Assembly (NCBI RefSeq): GCF_006345805.1
Contig: NC_043003.1
Coordinates: forward strand, 34,968,001 to 35,032,000
Direction of reading: 5' to 3'
Source: Octopus sinensis
Lineage: Eukaryota
Length of the DNA: 64,000 nt
Shown: positions 27,763 to 41,706 of the stretch, one piece after another
Numbering within the stretch: the first letter of the stretch is position 1
How the letters are laid out: every line of letters starts with the position of its first letter
Notes under the pieces: model-generated
What the model was told of the DNA's origin: nothing
Seen by the model: only the letters and a program-made list of their open reading frames with translations
Databases searched by the model: none
Program-made: the position numbers and the translations under genes

Positions 27763-27938
27763 ATTATTGAAAAGCATCAAAAATATCACAAAAAATATTA
27801 CTCAGATTCACGTTCCCTTTCGTCGGACAGTTTAGTTTAGAAGGGAACAGAAATAAGGTTATAACTGTCCGACGAGCGGGAAGTTGAAACTCTGAATAAC
27901 AGATTTTGCGATATTTTTGTTATTTAAAATAAAGCATA
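27763..27938. mobile_element. Palindromic (foldback/MITE-like) element with about 70-bp imperfect inverted arms, each carrying a hammerhead-like motif (family B)
   Basis: The left arm 27765-27833 reverse-complements the right arm 27862-27935. Arm motif: ctgt-CCGACGA-(acg/gcg GGAA cgt/gtt)-GAAAC-TCTGA(G/A)T-A-acag. Confidence 0.75.
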
Positions 27939-28026
27939 TTACTCTACCTCTGGTATTCGAGTACTACTTTTTCCAACTTGTTTCTCATCCATATGCTTAT
28001 TCCGGTACATATGTACATATATATAT

Positions 28027-28073
<47 letters not shown>

Positions 28074-29077
28074 ATTATATATATATAATATAGATATATA
28101 ATATATATATAATATATATAGTATATATATAGATATATATATATATAATATATATATATTATATATATCTTTCTCATATCTTGCCCTACTGTCTTAAGGG
28201 TTGTGTAGAATAATGTAAATTTCATGAAACTATCCTGATTGTAATAATAATATAGATTTCATGAAAGTATCCTGATGGAAATGTTACGGTTGGAATATAT
28301 TTGATCATATATCTACTCGATGAAACATGATGAAACAGAGGTCAAGTGACAATTCCAAGCAGACTGCAATGCTTCCATCTTCAAGCAATTGTACCTTTAT
28401 GATATATACTCAATTATCAGAGCTTTATTATCATCATTTATTTACCTTAGAAGCGGAATGTGAATGTTTTCTTTGATATTGAATATCATGGTTTTGATTG
28501 GCTATGTATAATTAGTGATAATTAATAGAAGCGTGTCATGGTATTTTCTAGGATTGTTCCTGACTGTTGATTGTTGGTTTATGTCCAGATATTACAATGG
28601 ATATATATACGATTTGTTAAACTTTCTATGTAGTAATAAGTTATTAAATACTAGTCTCCATTTATTTTCAGTCTAGTTGTCGTAATACCGTTGTTCAACA
28701 TATGAAACTATACAGTATTGCAGAACTCGATGAATTGAAATAAAAGCTTTCATATCAACTATAAAATGTATATATTTCTTTTGTCCTATAGACAACATTT
28801 CTATATTTTCTATCGTGCGATTTCTAATTGTAAACTTTTATTTACATTCTATAACTCAAGTTCTTCTAATTGTTGGAAATGTTATTTAGATATTGTTTCA
28901 TATTATTCAGTTGTTCTTTAATCAAAGTCGATCCATTTTTGATTGTGTAGCGTTGCTGCCTCCATCCTCCCTTATGTGTGTGTGTATGTATGTACGTATA
29001 TATATATGTATATATATATGTGTGTGTGTGTGTGCGCTTATATATATATAGAAATATATGTATTCATATATATAATA

Positions 29078-29126
<49 letters not shown>

Positions 29127-29351
29127 CACAACTAATTAAACACACATACCAAGATATGTTTTTTTGCTAGTATGTGAGTATAGGCGTAAGGAAGGATATT
29201 CACATCCAAATGCCTGATGTTAAAACAAAAGGAAATTATTGGCAAGCGAGCCACCTCGCATCTGGTCCCATTCGGAAGCGATAGTCATAGATGTTTCGTT
29301 ATGATTGTGACTACTCAAAACAGCATACCCGAACATATATACATACACACA

Positions 29352-29382
<31 letters not shown>

Positions 29383-29918
29383 TCATACATATATATATAT
29401 ATATATATACATGTGTGTGTGTGTGTATATATTTGTGTGTGTGTGTATCTATATATGTATTATATATATATGTATGCACGTATGTATACACATTCATATA
29501 GATACATATTTATGTGTGTGAGCATATACATACATGCATACATACATAGATATTTGTACATGTACGCACACACAAATATATGCACATACACATATATACA
29601 TATGTACAGATATTTAAATGTACATACATTGTTTCGTATATGTGTGTGCTCGCTTGTATATGTTGTGTGTATGTGTTTGTATGAGCATGTGAGCGTGTGT
29701 GTATTTAACTATAAAACCTGTTTAAGTAGTGTACGGTCAATTTTCTATTGCTGCGTTGAACCTAAATGAATTATTCCTCCGGCACTCTGATGATAAAGCG
29801 GCCAAGTTCTCATATTTTCTTATTGTCATGGCTGCCGCACGTCATCGAAGAAATAAAACTCTGAGTAACCAGTGCATTATCATATCATTACAGTCGAAAT
29901 AATAGTGGGTATATATAT

Positions 29919-29984
<66 letters not shown>

Positions 29985-30030
29985 CATACATACACACACA
30001 CACATATATATATAATATATATATATATAT

Positions 30031-30063
<33 letters not shown>

Positions 30064-32469
30064 ACACACATATATATATATATTATATATATATATATAT
30101 ATATACATACACATACGCATGTATATAGAGAGAGGGAATGTGAGAGAGAGAGAGAGAATCACACATACATAAACATATATACACACACACACACATATCA
30201 TTCAAATGCAACTTCAGTAGTGTATGAAATAAAGCAATCATTTGGGGAAGATTTTAGACGTCGTAACAGGAGGTCTTTACAGATTGTTATTCTGTATTAT
30301 GCCTCGAACTTTCATTTTGGGAGCCTTCAAAATTGGCTTCCTGCATCCTCAGTGAAAATGGTAATGATATGTTTGAGGCCCTAAGTGTATAGCTGCATAC
30401 CCAGGAACTACGTATTCCAACTTAATTAACAAAGGAACGCAAAGTTTGATGGCTTCCAGTACTTATATCCTTCAAACGAACGTAAACATATGCTATATGT
30501 TTTATATATTGATTCGTGTCTGCGCATTTCTGTGTGTGCCGAGATGTTTATATGCTATGTAACATGAAGTCAGTCTATTAGTAAGGAATGGCAAGTCTAT
30601 GGAAGAGTAAGAGAAAGTGATAAACTTATATTTTATGGTAGAAATTCAAAAAGATTATAATAAGAGAAAACAAAGAGAGAGAGAGAGATATAGAGAGGAG
30701 AAATATCACCATGAGAAAAAAAAAAAAAAGATAGAGAGAGGGAAAGTGGCAGGACAGAAGCATAGTGGAAATGCAATGTGAGTCATAGAACACACACACA
30801 CACACGTGTGTATATATGTGCAAAGAGTGACAGAGAAACAGACAGACAGACATAGAGAAATAGTGAGATAAAGAGAGTAATATAGAAGTTGATACAGATT
30901 AAAGATTAAAGCAAAATGTCGCAATGTCCGATGGTTAAGCTAGACAATATACGTGCGTGTATGTATATGTATGCATGCACACACTCACATACACGCATGC
31001 ACACAAGAACACATGCACACGCACACGCACACACAAACACTATATATATACATATATATATATATATATAATATATATATACTTAATATATATATATATA
31101 TATACATATATATATACTTATATAAATATACTATATATGTACACACATACACATCTATATAGGCCCCAAATTTGAAATTGAGTCAATATCGCTTATTCAC
31201 CATTCCAGCCAATCTTTCATCTTTTACGCCCTTATCTATCATTCATTTATTTATTTATTTATCTATTTATCGATTACCAATTCATTCGCCTTGCTTTTTT
31301 TTATGTTTTTTGTTTTTGTTTTTTTTCTCGTTCGTTTCTTTTTTTTTTATTTCCCTCCAGTTTTTTTATTATTTTATTTTGTTCGCGTCGCTTTTACAAG
31401 TAAAATTCAGCTCTTTGTACTTTGCCTGATAGCATATTCTTTCATTACTATATTCTCTTACTCTTTTAATGTATTTGGCGCTGGCCAAACAGATACCATA
31501 TTATCTTCCCTTCTCACACCCACCTACCTACCTCACCTATCGCTTCCACCAACATCATCAACATCCCATCACAGTCTGCTAACATCGGTAGCATCACAAA
31601 CACCGTCACCAACTCCATTAAACCTCGCAACATTTCCATCAGCATTGTTATCGACATCACCACACCGACTTCTTCACAATCATCAGCACTAACATTAGCA
31701 ACGCGAAGACAACTAGCACCAACACCGACCCCACTATTAGTATTAACAACGTCACCACTCTCTACCTTCTCCCGTTACCCTCACTAACTCAATCATCAAT
31801 GCCATAAGCTTTCTCTTCTAATCACTGCTATCGCCATTGTCGTCACCGCAACAGACACGAAGGATTACGCATGCGTATAAAAAGGTCACTGCTAATGGAA
31901 GTGACAGATTCCGTTTTTCTCGACCGTTGAATTCTGGGTAAAATTCATTAAACATTGCTGTCGACATGAATGATTGATTTACACGGTAAACGAACGCCTT
32001 CATCTCAGCTAACGAGGCAGCCGACAACTCCGGCAGGCGTCTCAAAATTATGAATGATAATGGGTAACACGGGTTAGTCGAGAGCAGACTACAGCGGAAG
32101 GTGTAGGGAATGCTGCGTAGTGAAGAGAAGAGCCGACGCCATTGAAATCTGTTTGCATAGGCCTTGGTGATCGTTTGACTTATGACCCATTATTTCGGGC
32201 TCTCCACTAATTATTCCTTCCCTTAGCCATTATTACTCTTTCATTCTTTACACTTCTGTTTCATTTTTTTTGTATCTTCCTCCTTTTCTATTCACTTTAA
32301 ACAACGCTCTCTTTTCTTCTGTATACTACACATATACACACAAACTATATATATATATATAAATATATATATATACATATGTATGTATGTATATATGTAT
32401 ATATATACATGCATATTTATATACATACATACATATATATATACATATATATATATATATGTGTGTGTG

Positions 32470-32513
<44 letters not shown>

Positions 32514-33616
32514 CACACACGCACATATATATATACGCATATATACACATATACATATATATATACATACATTCACATTCACGTATACATATGTATACAT
32601 ATAAATGTGTGTGTGTAGGTGTGTATTTTGGGATGTGTATGCGTGGATGTAGGTATACAGATATGCATATACTAACATACATACTTTAATCTACTCTCTC
32701 ATACATATACAAGTCTATTCTATTTGAAGAAACATATTTCTACATTTACTTGAACGACTGAGGCTTTCTTTTTCTAAAACACATGAATATACTTACACAC
32801 ATAAGCTCACAAAGACACGCAAATATATACACATTGACACACAATTACATATAAGCGTACGCATGCGCGCGCTCACGTATACATACACACGCACACACAC
32901 ACACACTTCAATTGGCATATGTAAGAGCGTATGCAAACACATACTCATGAGTGACTGCATACGCATTAACGCATACACAGTTATGAAAACACACACACAC
33001 ACACTCATATAAAGCGTTTCATGTATTTGGTGAAAATGTTCATATTCTCTTGCTGACAGCCGTAACTCTGTTTTTCTCACCTCTTGAATCACTCAATTAG
33101 CTTGGTACTTTTAATAATGTATTCATAGAAATAAGTTAAAACTAACGAGCAATGAATGAAGGAATGAATATTCTTGATAACCCGTCTGCATTCTAGTTCT
33201 TTTTTCTCCATCTGTCATTTTCGTCTCCTTCACTCCCTCCCTCTCTCTCTCCCTCACTCACTCATTCACTCACTCACTCACTCATTCACTCGCTCACTCA
33301 CTCACTCACTCACTCACTCACCATTTCCCTCAATTGACTCAGTCAGGCTTTCTCTCTACCTCACATGTACGACAAATTTCCCTTAGCTTTTGCAGATATT
33401 CTACAGATTTTCTACATTTCTCTTCAATTTCTTAAGATCCGTTCCTCTTTACTTAATTATTCTCTATTCTTTGTTGCTTTCACATGCTTTACTTTTTTTT
33501 TTATTTTTCTTGTAAGATTAAAAAAAATCTTTTCTTATTAATTTACTTACCAGCTTGCTCCCAAAATGCTTCTCTCTCTCTCTCACACTCTCTCTCTCTC
33601 TCTCTCTCTGTGTCTC

Positions 33617-33690
<74 letters not shown>

Positions 33691-34469
33691 CATCTACCTG
33701 CCTATCTAGAAGGATAGCTAACGTTATATGAGTATATGTGTACACGAACTCACACGCACACAAATATATATATATATATATATATATATCATATATCCAT
33801 CTCTTCTTATTTTTCCATCATTCCATCCTAGTTCCACTTCTTTTTGAAAATAAAAGCAAAAAAATACTTTTGTTAGTTTAAATTCTTCATCATATACCTC
33901 TCATTTCCATGTTCTGAAGTAATACACGCGCCTGCACACACACACACACATACATATATATGCATATATATTGTTAAAGCCAAAAGTACTAACGTTGGTT
34001 AATGTACTAAAATACCACTTACAACAATGGGATCACATCTGATCTGGTTAACAAACCTTTACTTTGTAATAATGTTTATGAAAGCATCATTGCTCTGCAC
34101 TCAACGTTACTATGAACTCGATTCCCTAATAGCAATTTGATCGACTCTTCAGATCTTGCATTCCGCTCTTTCCCCCATTTCAAAATATATTTGCACAATT
34201 AAATCTACTCTTATATGAAGATCAATTAATGAATTTAGAGCTGGTGTGGTGGGGGTTAACAGAATTGGTTGGGCATCGGGGAAAAAATACCTCGAGGTAA
34301 TGATATCTGTCTTCTACATATTCTTAATTTCAATCCTATAGAGGTCATGACGTTACTTTTCATCATATCTGGATCGAGAGCTAAAGCACTACCAGTTAAG
34401 TGTTGGATTGATTTACTTAACTCGCATATCTGACCCGACAATGTTATCTTATATTTATGGTTAAGATCA

Positions 34470-34569
34470 NNNNNNNNNNNNNNNNNNNNNNNNNNNNNNN
34501 NNNNNNNNNNNNNNNNNNNNNNNNNNNNNNNNNNNNNNNNNNNNNNNNNNNNNNNNNNNNNNNNNNNNN
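34470..34569. other. Assembly gap (100 N)
   Basis: Exactly 100 N, the usual placeholder for a gap of unknown size. Confidence 0.99.
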
Positions 34570-34782
34570 TGGCATTTGTAATAGTGATAGGTTGTATATT
34601 TTTCAAACATACAAAAACACGTGGAGATATGCACGCACACACACACATGTATATTAAGATATAATATTAATACGAATGTATGGATATGTCCATATAGTTT
34701 TGTTGAGGTTTCTTTTATTGTTTATTTGGCTAATTATTGATATGCATGTCTGCCTCCTATGCATGTATGTATGTATGAATAG

Positions 34783-34820
<38 letters not shown>

Positions 34821-35287
34821 GTATATATGAATGTCTGTGTGCATGTACATGCATATGAGTGTATGCTTGCATGCATGTATGTATGTATGTTTGAATGTAT
34901 GTATGAAGAAAGCAAAATATTAGACGATATATTTATTAATTGAAAAATCCCATGCTTCTCTGTATTTACCCTTGTCGCTTTTTATGAATCTATCCATACA
35001 TGCCTTTATACGTGCATACAGACACATGTTTATATATGTATATATGTGTATGTGTGTGTGTGTGTAAGGAGCACTGAAGTATATGTGGATGTGCGTGTGC
35101 ATATGTGTATAGCTATTAAGTGGAAAAAATACCTAAAGTAGTTCATATCCGTTCTATTCCGAGTATACACACTTTCTATGTTCACACACACACACACACA
35201 CACACACCACCACACACACAGATACACATATACATATATGTACACACACACATATATGTATGTATGTTTCTATGCTTATATGTATAG

Positions 35288-35319
<32 letters not shown>

Positions 35320-35420
35320 ATATGTATATATATATGCATATATATGCTTATGCATATACGTATGTATATGTGCGTGTATGTGCGTATATGTATATATTTA
35401 TACATACATACATACATTAT

Positions 35421-35451
<31 letters not shown>

Positions 35452-35513
35452 TATATGTATATGTATATATCTATGTATGTATGTTGTGTGTGCGAATGTA
35501 TATTAAATATTTA

Positions 35514-35552
<39 letters not shown>

Positions 35553-35736
35553 TAATATATATATATATACAATAGATATCTACAAATATATTACACACAC
35601 ACACATATTATATAGGGAATGACCAAAGTGAGTTGTGTGCAAAGAAGGAGATTGCTTACTTTGACAAACTCATTAATTAATTTTTGCACAAACTGTTTAT
35701 CATCTTGAAATTACGCACTCACAATCAACGTGCGGG

Positions 35737-35787
<51 letters not shown>

Positions 35788-35976
35788 TATATTATGCATG
35801 TGAGGGCGGTCTGCGCGTTCTGTATGTGTGTGTGTGTGTCTGTGTATAAATAAGTTCGTATTAGTGTGTGTTCGCATCTATATGCGTGTATGCACATTTT
35901 GTGTGTATTCCTGTTTGCGTGTGAAACCAATGAAAAGGGGAGAGGGGACGTGAGAATGAGATGAAAGATAAACACA

Positions 35977-36019
<43 letters not shown>

Positions 36020-36516
36020 AATCCACTTCCCAGTCTCTGTCTCAATCCTACTCATACACATACCCGCAAACACATACACACACACACACACACAACAATA
36101 CTCATAGAGAGACATACGCATACGTTCTCTCACACATGGCAGTAACAATTTCTTATTAAACTGCAGCCCCTGCTGTCAGTTTGTTATAAGGTTTACATTC
36201 AATCTAATTTAATTTATAACTTCTATGTAAAGCCAGAGAGCTGATTTTATGTTCATATGTAATTATTTAATACATTAAAGGAAAAAGTAAATAAACAGGC
36301 CATCTATCTATATATAAAAATACAGATTTTTCACTTAGCCGAGTTTGCGGCCCGTTCTTGTTATTGCTTCTATCATTTTTATTTAATTTTTTTTCTAATG
36401 TTATTTTTTAAAAAAATTATATTTATTTATATCTTTTTAACATTTCCCTTTGTAAGTTTACTTTTTAGGCTGTGAATCCAACTAAAAGTGTATTAACTTT
36501 CATTGTAATAAACTGA

Positions 36517-36523
36517 TGATGCC

Positions 36524-36587
<64 letters not shown>

Positions 36588-36745
36588 TTGATGATGGAGA
36601 TGGTGGTGATGATGGTGATGATGATGTTGATGACGACGACGACAACGACAGCGACGATGATGATTGTAATGGTGATGGTGATGATGATGATGATGTCATC
36701 GTCGTGATCATCATCATCATCATTATCATCAACCTCAACATCATC
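36517..36745. repeat. Compound (GAT)n/(GGT)/(GAC) trinucleotide tract switching to (ATC)n
   Basis: Direct reading; it explains the poly-M and poly-S ORFs. Confidence 0.9.
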
Positions 36746-36828
36746 TCCATGATAGCGGTAGCTTAAAATTGGATTTCAGAAAAGGTTGAGAGAGTGAAGG
36801 AGAAAAAGAGAGAATGAGAGTGAGAGAA

Positions 36829-36878
<50 letters not shown>

Positions 36879-37386
36879 TAAGTTCTTGATAAAAGGAGAG
36901 TGCGTAAAATTGTGTGTATAAATGCATGTATGTTTATATATATTTATATCTTTCCACGCGTGAGGTCGTGTGTGCGTGTGCGTGTGTGTGTACGTATGTG
37001 TGTATGTGTGTGTGTATGTATGTGTGTATGTGTGTGTGTGCGTGCATGTTTGTGCTTCTGTTATATTGGAATAAGGAGAAAACTGAGAAATAGTGATGAG
37101 AAAGTGGGAGAGGAATGTAAACATGTACGAGGCAATGCAAGAGAATCGGAGAGCAAGAGAGAATGAGAAAGAAAATGAGAGAAAGTGAGAGGTATTGAGA
37201 GAGCAAGCGAGCCAATGAGAGAGAGGGGGGAAGAGATAGAGTGAGAGACGGAGTTTTTTTTTTTTTTAAGAAAGGCTGTATGGAATTTGATGAGGAATTT
37301 TGAAATTCTTGACAGAATGAGAGATATTGATGAAGGAGAGAGGTAAAGGGTGTGAGTGAGATAAATAGAAATATAGAAAGATTGAG

Positions 37387-37424
<38 letters not shown>

Positions 37425-37540
37425 TGGGGAGAGATACTATTCAATAAGTTAGAAAGAGTTACTTATAGGAAAATCGGAGAGAAATTTGTGTGAGTGCTTA
37501 GGAAGATGTGCATGTATAAGTGTGTGAGTGTGTGAGTGCT

Positions 37541-37572
<32 letters not shown>

Positions 37573-37777
37573 CTTGTTATTTTGGGAAAGACTGTGAAAT
37601 CTCTCAATCACTGAACAGAAACACTGTGTTAAGGGAGTGAGTAAATCAAACATATATGTACATAGTAGATATATATATATATATATATATATTGAGATGG
37701 ATTGATTGATGGATAGACAGATAGACAGATGGACAGATAGACAGAACAACCTACATGCATATGGATATATACATACA

Positions 37778-37813
<36 letters not shown>

Positions 37814-38002
37814 TATAAATATATATATATGGAGAGAGAGAGAGAGGGGGGAACAGGAGAAGTTAAGAAAATGTCGAGATAGAGGTGAATGCATAAAGAG
37901 AGAAAGTGTTTTTCCGGTTGGGGCAGAAAATATTGACAAAGACGAAAAGAAAGTGCAAAAAGTTAAAATCATTGTTTGATAACCATGTAACAGACAGACA
38001 CA

Positions 38003-38041
<39 letters not shown>

Positions 38042-38082
38042 TATATGTATGTATATGAGAGATACACACAGAGCGATCGAGC

Positions 38083-38126
<44 letters not shown>

Positions 38127-38669
38127 TATGAAGGAGAAAGAGAGAGCGAATCAAGGTAAGGAGAGAGAGGCTGTCAAAGAAGTGAAATTAATATAGATTG
38201 GTAACTATAGCAGTAGATTAATAATCTGAGAATGGGACAGAGGAAAGAAAGGATGAAAGAAATAAAGAAATAGAGAACGAAAGTAAAGAGAAAGGATAAG
38301 GAGGAGGAAGAAGAAGAAAAGAAACTATGATTGGTAAATTTATGGATCGATAGAAGGAAAGAAGAAATAGAGTTGGAGTGAGAAATAGTAAACGAGGGAG
38401 TAAACGAAGTGTTAAAGAAAGACAGAGAGGAGGAACGAGGTAATAGAAAGAGACAGAACTAGAGTGGAACAATAAACAAAGAATAGTGAGAGATACATAT
38501 TAAGAAGGAGAGAGAGAGAAGGAGAGAGGGAGAGAGAGGTTCGGAGAAAGCCGAAGGATGAGAGGTAAACAAACCTATGCTTCCTTCGTATGCTCCATAT
38601 TGAGAGCAACCACACGTTTATTTCAATAGCAGTAGAAGACACAAGAAGTATCTTTCTTTTCTCCCTTCT

Positions 38670-38713
<44 letters not shown>

Positions 38714-39792
38714 TTACCTATTCACTCTCTGTCTCTCTCTCGCTCTCTCGCTCTCGCTCTTTCGCACAGTCGCTTTCTCCTGTCTCTGTAATATTTCCTA
38801 CACTTTCATTCGTTTCTCCCCGTCATCCATTCCATGCTCTTCGTCGTCTTGCAAAAATCCCATTGGGCTTGGCTGTCTTTTGTTATCTTTGCTACCGCCT
38901 GTGTTATTTTTACGGAAAGAGATTCAACAAGAATGAAATGCGTTTTGAGGGGGGTGGAATACATGAACACACACACAGGCACACTTATGCATGGGGGCAA
39001 CATATGTGTGTGTGTGTATGTATGCACTTATGTATGTATGTACGTATGTATGTATGTATGTATGTATGTACTTATTTGTGTATGTATGTATGTCTGTATG
39101 TATGCATGTATGTATGCATGTATGTATGCATGTATGTATGTATGTATGCAATGTATGCATGCATGTATGTATGTATGTACTTATTTATGTATGTATGTAT
39201 GTATGCATGTATGTATGTACTTATTTATGTATGTATGTATGCATGTATGTATGTACTTATTTATGTATGTATGTATGCATGTATGTATGTATGTATACTG
39301 TTTTTCCTTCTCATGATTTCTATTCACTATTCTTGAATATATATATATATGCCGACACCTATGACCGTGTTTGTATATAACATACCTGAATTACACGTAT
39401 GTGTGTATATGAGTGTATGTGTGTGTGTGAATGTGTGAGTATGTGTCTGTATGCGTGTATGTGTGGATAAATAGATGGATGCACACATAATTACATACAT
39501 ACATATATATACGTACAGCTCACCGAGGCAAGGTTCAATTAGCATATATACAGATATACACATACATTTACGTATGTTTGAATGACTGTGTAATGGTCCA
39601 CAATCTCCAAAATATATGCAAATTACTATGTATAAGGTGCATATACGTATGCGTGTGTATATATATATATGTATGTGTGAATGTGTGGGTGTCTATATGT
39701 CTGTTTGTGTGTTTATATATATATATGTCTATGTATATATATGTGCGTGTGTGCGTATGTGTGTCTGTGTGTGTGTGTGCGTGTCTATAAAC

Positions 39793-39825
<33 letters not shown>

Positions 39826-39827
39826 TG

Positions 39828-39858
<31 letters not shown>

Positions 39859-40260
39859 GTATGTATATGTATATATACACACAGAAATGCTCAGGCAGTT
39901 AGAAATGTAATACGGAAACACGCATTCTTATAAACGCATATGTTTATGTATAGAAAGATTTTGCTTGTATATAGTCCAAATGCGCGTGCATGAATATATT
40001 CATACGTTTGTGTGTACTAGTCAGTGCACGTATAAGTGTATATAATGTATGCATGTGAGACAAGTTGTTCACGAGTTTCTAGAGGTGTAGTTAGTTTAAG
40101 CTCGTCTAAAGAATGTTTACGTTAGGGAAGTGTTTTGTCCTATGCTGGTCTTTGTCCCGCAATTATACTTACATAGGAATGATTCTGCAGCGTATGTGTG
40201 TGTGCGTGTGAGTTTCCGTGTCCACGTACGTTGTGCACATGTATATACATATATATACTT

Positions 40261-40540
40261 ATATATGTGTGTTGTATTTGTGTGTGTATATATATTATAT
40301 ATATATATATATGTTCCTTCATGTATATGTATGAAGTTTTATATTCTCAGTGCATCAAGGTGTTCGCATTTGCAAACGCTCCGGATTCTACGAAAGCTTA
40401 TTTCTTAGCACTCCTGGCTAATAAATATATATGCAGGGGTGGATGTATACCGCCTGTGTGAGTATATTCGTCTGTGCATGAATGAGTGCGTGCATACGTG
40501 TGCGTGCGCGTGTGTGTGCATATATATGTGTGTTGTTATT

Positions 40541-40573
<33 letters not shown>

Positions 40574-40792
40574 GTTCCTTCATGTATATGTATGAAGTTT
40601 TATATTCTCAGTGCATCAAGGTGTTCGCATTTGCAACGCTCCGGATTCTACGAAAGCTATTTCTTAGCACTCCTGGCTAATAAATATATATGCAGGGGTG
40701 GATGTATACCGCCTGTGTGAGTATATTCGTCTGTGCATGAATGAGTGCGTGCATACGTGTGCGTGCGCGTGTGTGTGCATATATATGTGTGT
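40261..40792. repeat. Direct tandem duplication, 261-bp unit, 2 copies
   Basis: ATGTTCCTTCATG occurs at 40311 and 40572. The unique interior repeats in register with only 1-bp indels (GCAAACG/GCAACG, AAGCTTATT/AAGCTATT). Confidence 0.93.
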
Positions 40793-41262
40793 GTGTGTGT
40801 GTATAAATATATGTAAGTGGGTACGTACGTATCTCTGCATGTGTATATGCGTGTCTCTGTACGTAGGTATAGGATGGAGGAGTGCATATGTGGGATTTGA
40901 TATTTATATGTACGCAGGTGTTAGTATGCACGTGTGTGCATGTGTGCATATGTGCCTGTGTGCGTATGTATCTGTTCATTGCTGCCACTATTCCATCCCT
41001 GCCTCCCTCCATCCTTTTGTTTCTCAATTCTTCCACTCTCTCTCTCTCTCTCCTTACTCTTCTCTCTATCTTCTACGCACAGTCATGTGTATACATCAAT
41101 CTCAGACTGTCCCTTGGCGATTCTTCCACAGTCTACTCGCTGTATCTTTATATATGCGCTCTGTCGCTAACGCACTCATACACAAAGATACAAATACCCT
41201 GCATCTTTCTCTCCGTCACTCTTACTCTCTCCACTCTCTGTCTCTGGCTCAGTCTCTCTCCA

Positions 41263-41306
<44 letters not shown>

Positions 41307-41616
41307 GACCTTGTCAGTGCTTTACTTCTCTTACCTCTCTTACCCTTATAATTCTCTCTTTTACACTTTAAATTCTTTTCACTTTTTGTTTATACATTTT
41401 TATTTCCTTTTCATCCGTATTTCCGAACGCGTATGTGTGTGTGTGTGTGTACCCACACATATATGTATGTACGTACATACATACATACATACATACATAC
41501 ATACATACATACATACATACATACATACATACTTGCATATATTCTGTTCCTTTTATTCTTTATTTCATTTTTTCCGTGTTTGTTTATACCGCATCTTGCT
41601 TAGACTTCATTATCAC

Positions 41617-41618
41617 CT

Positions 41619-41664
<46 letters not shown>

Positions 41665-41671
41665 TTCTTCT

Positions 41672-41706
<35 letters not shown>

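Noticed and set aside
31818-32045. 75-aa minus-strand ORF (MRRLPELSAASLAEMKAFVYRVNQ...)
   Set aside because: Starts at a non-ATG codon, has no flanking splice signals I could support, and shows no recognisable family.
33980-34469. LRR-like snippets next to the gap (ISLPRGIFSPMPN on -, NLIDSSDLAFRSFPHFKIYLHN on +)
   Set aside because: Similar-looking snippets occur on both strands, the frames are full of stops, and no repeated LxxLxLxxN register is present. Probably pattern over-reading; a TBLASTX search would settle it.
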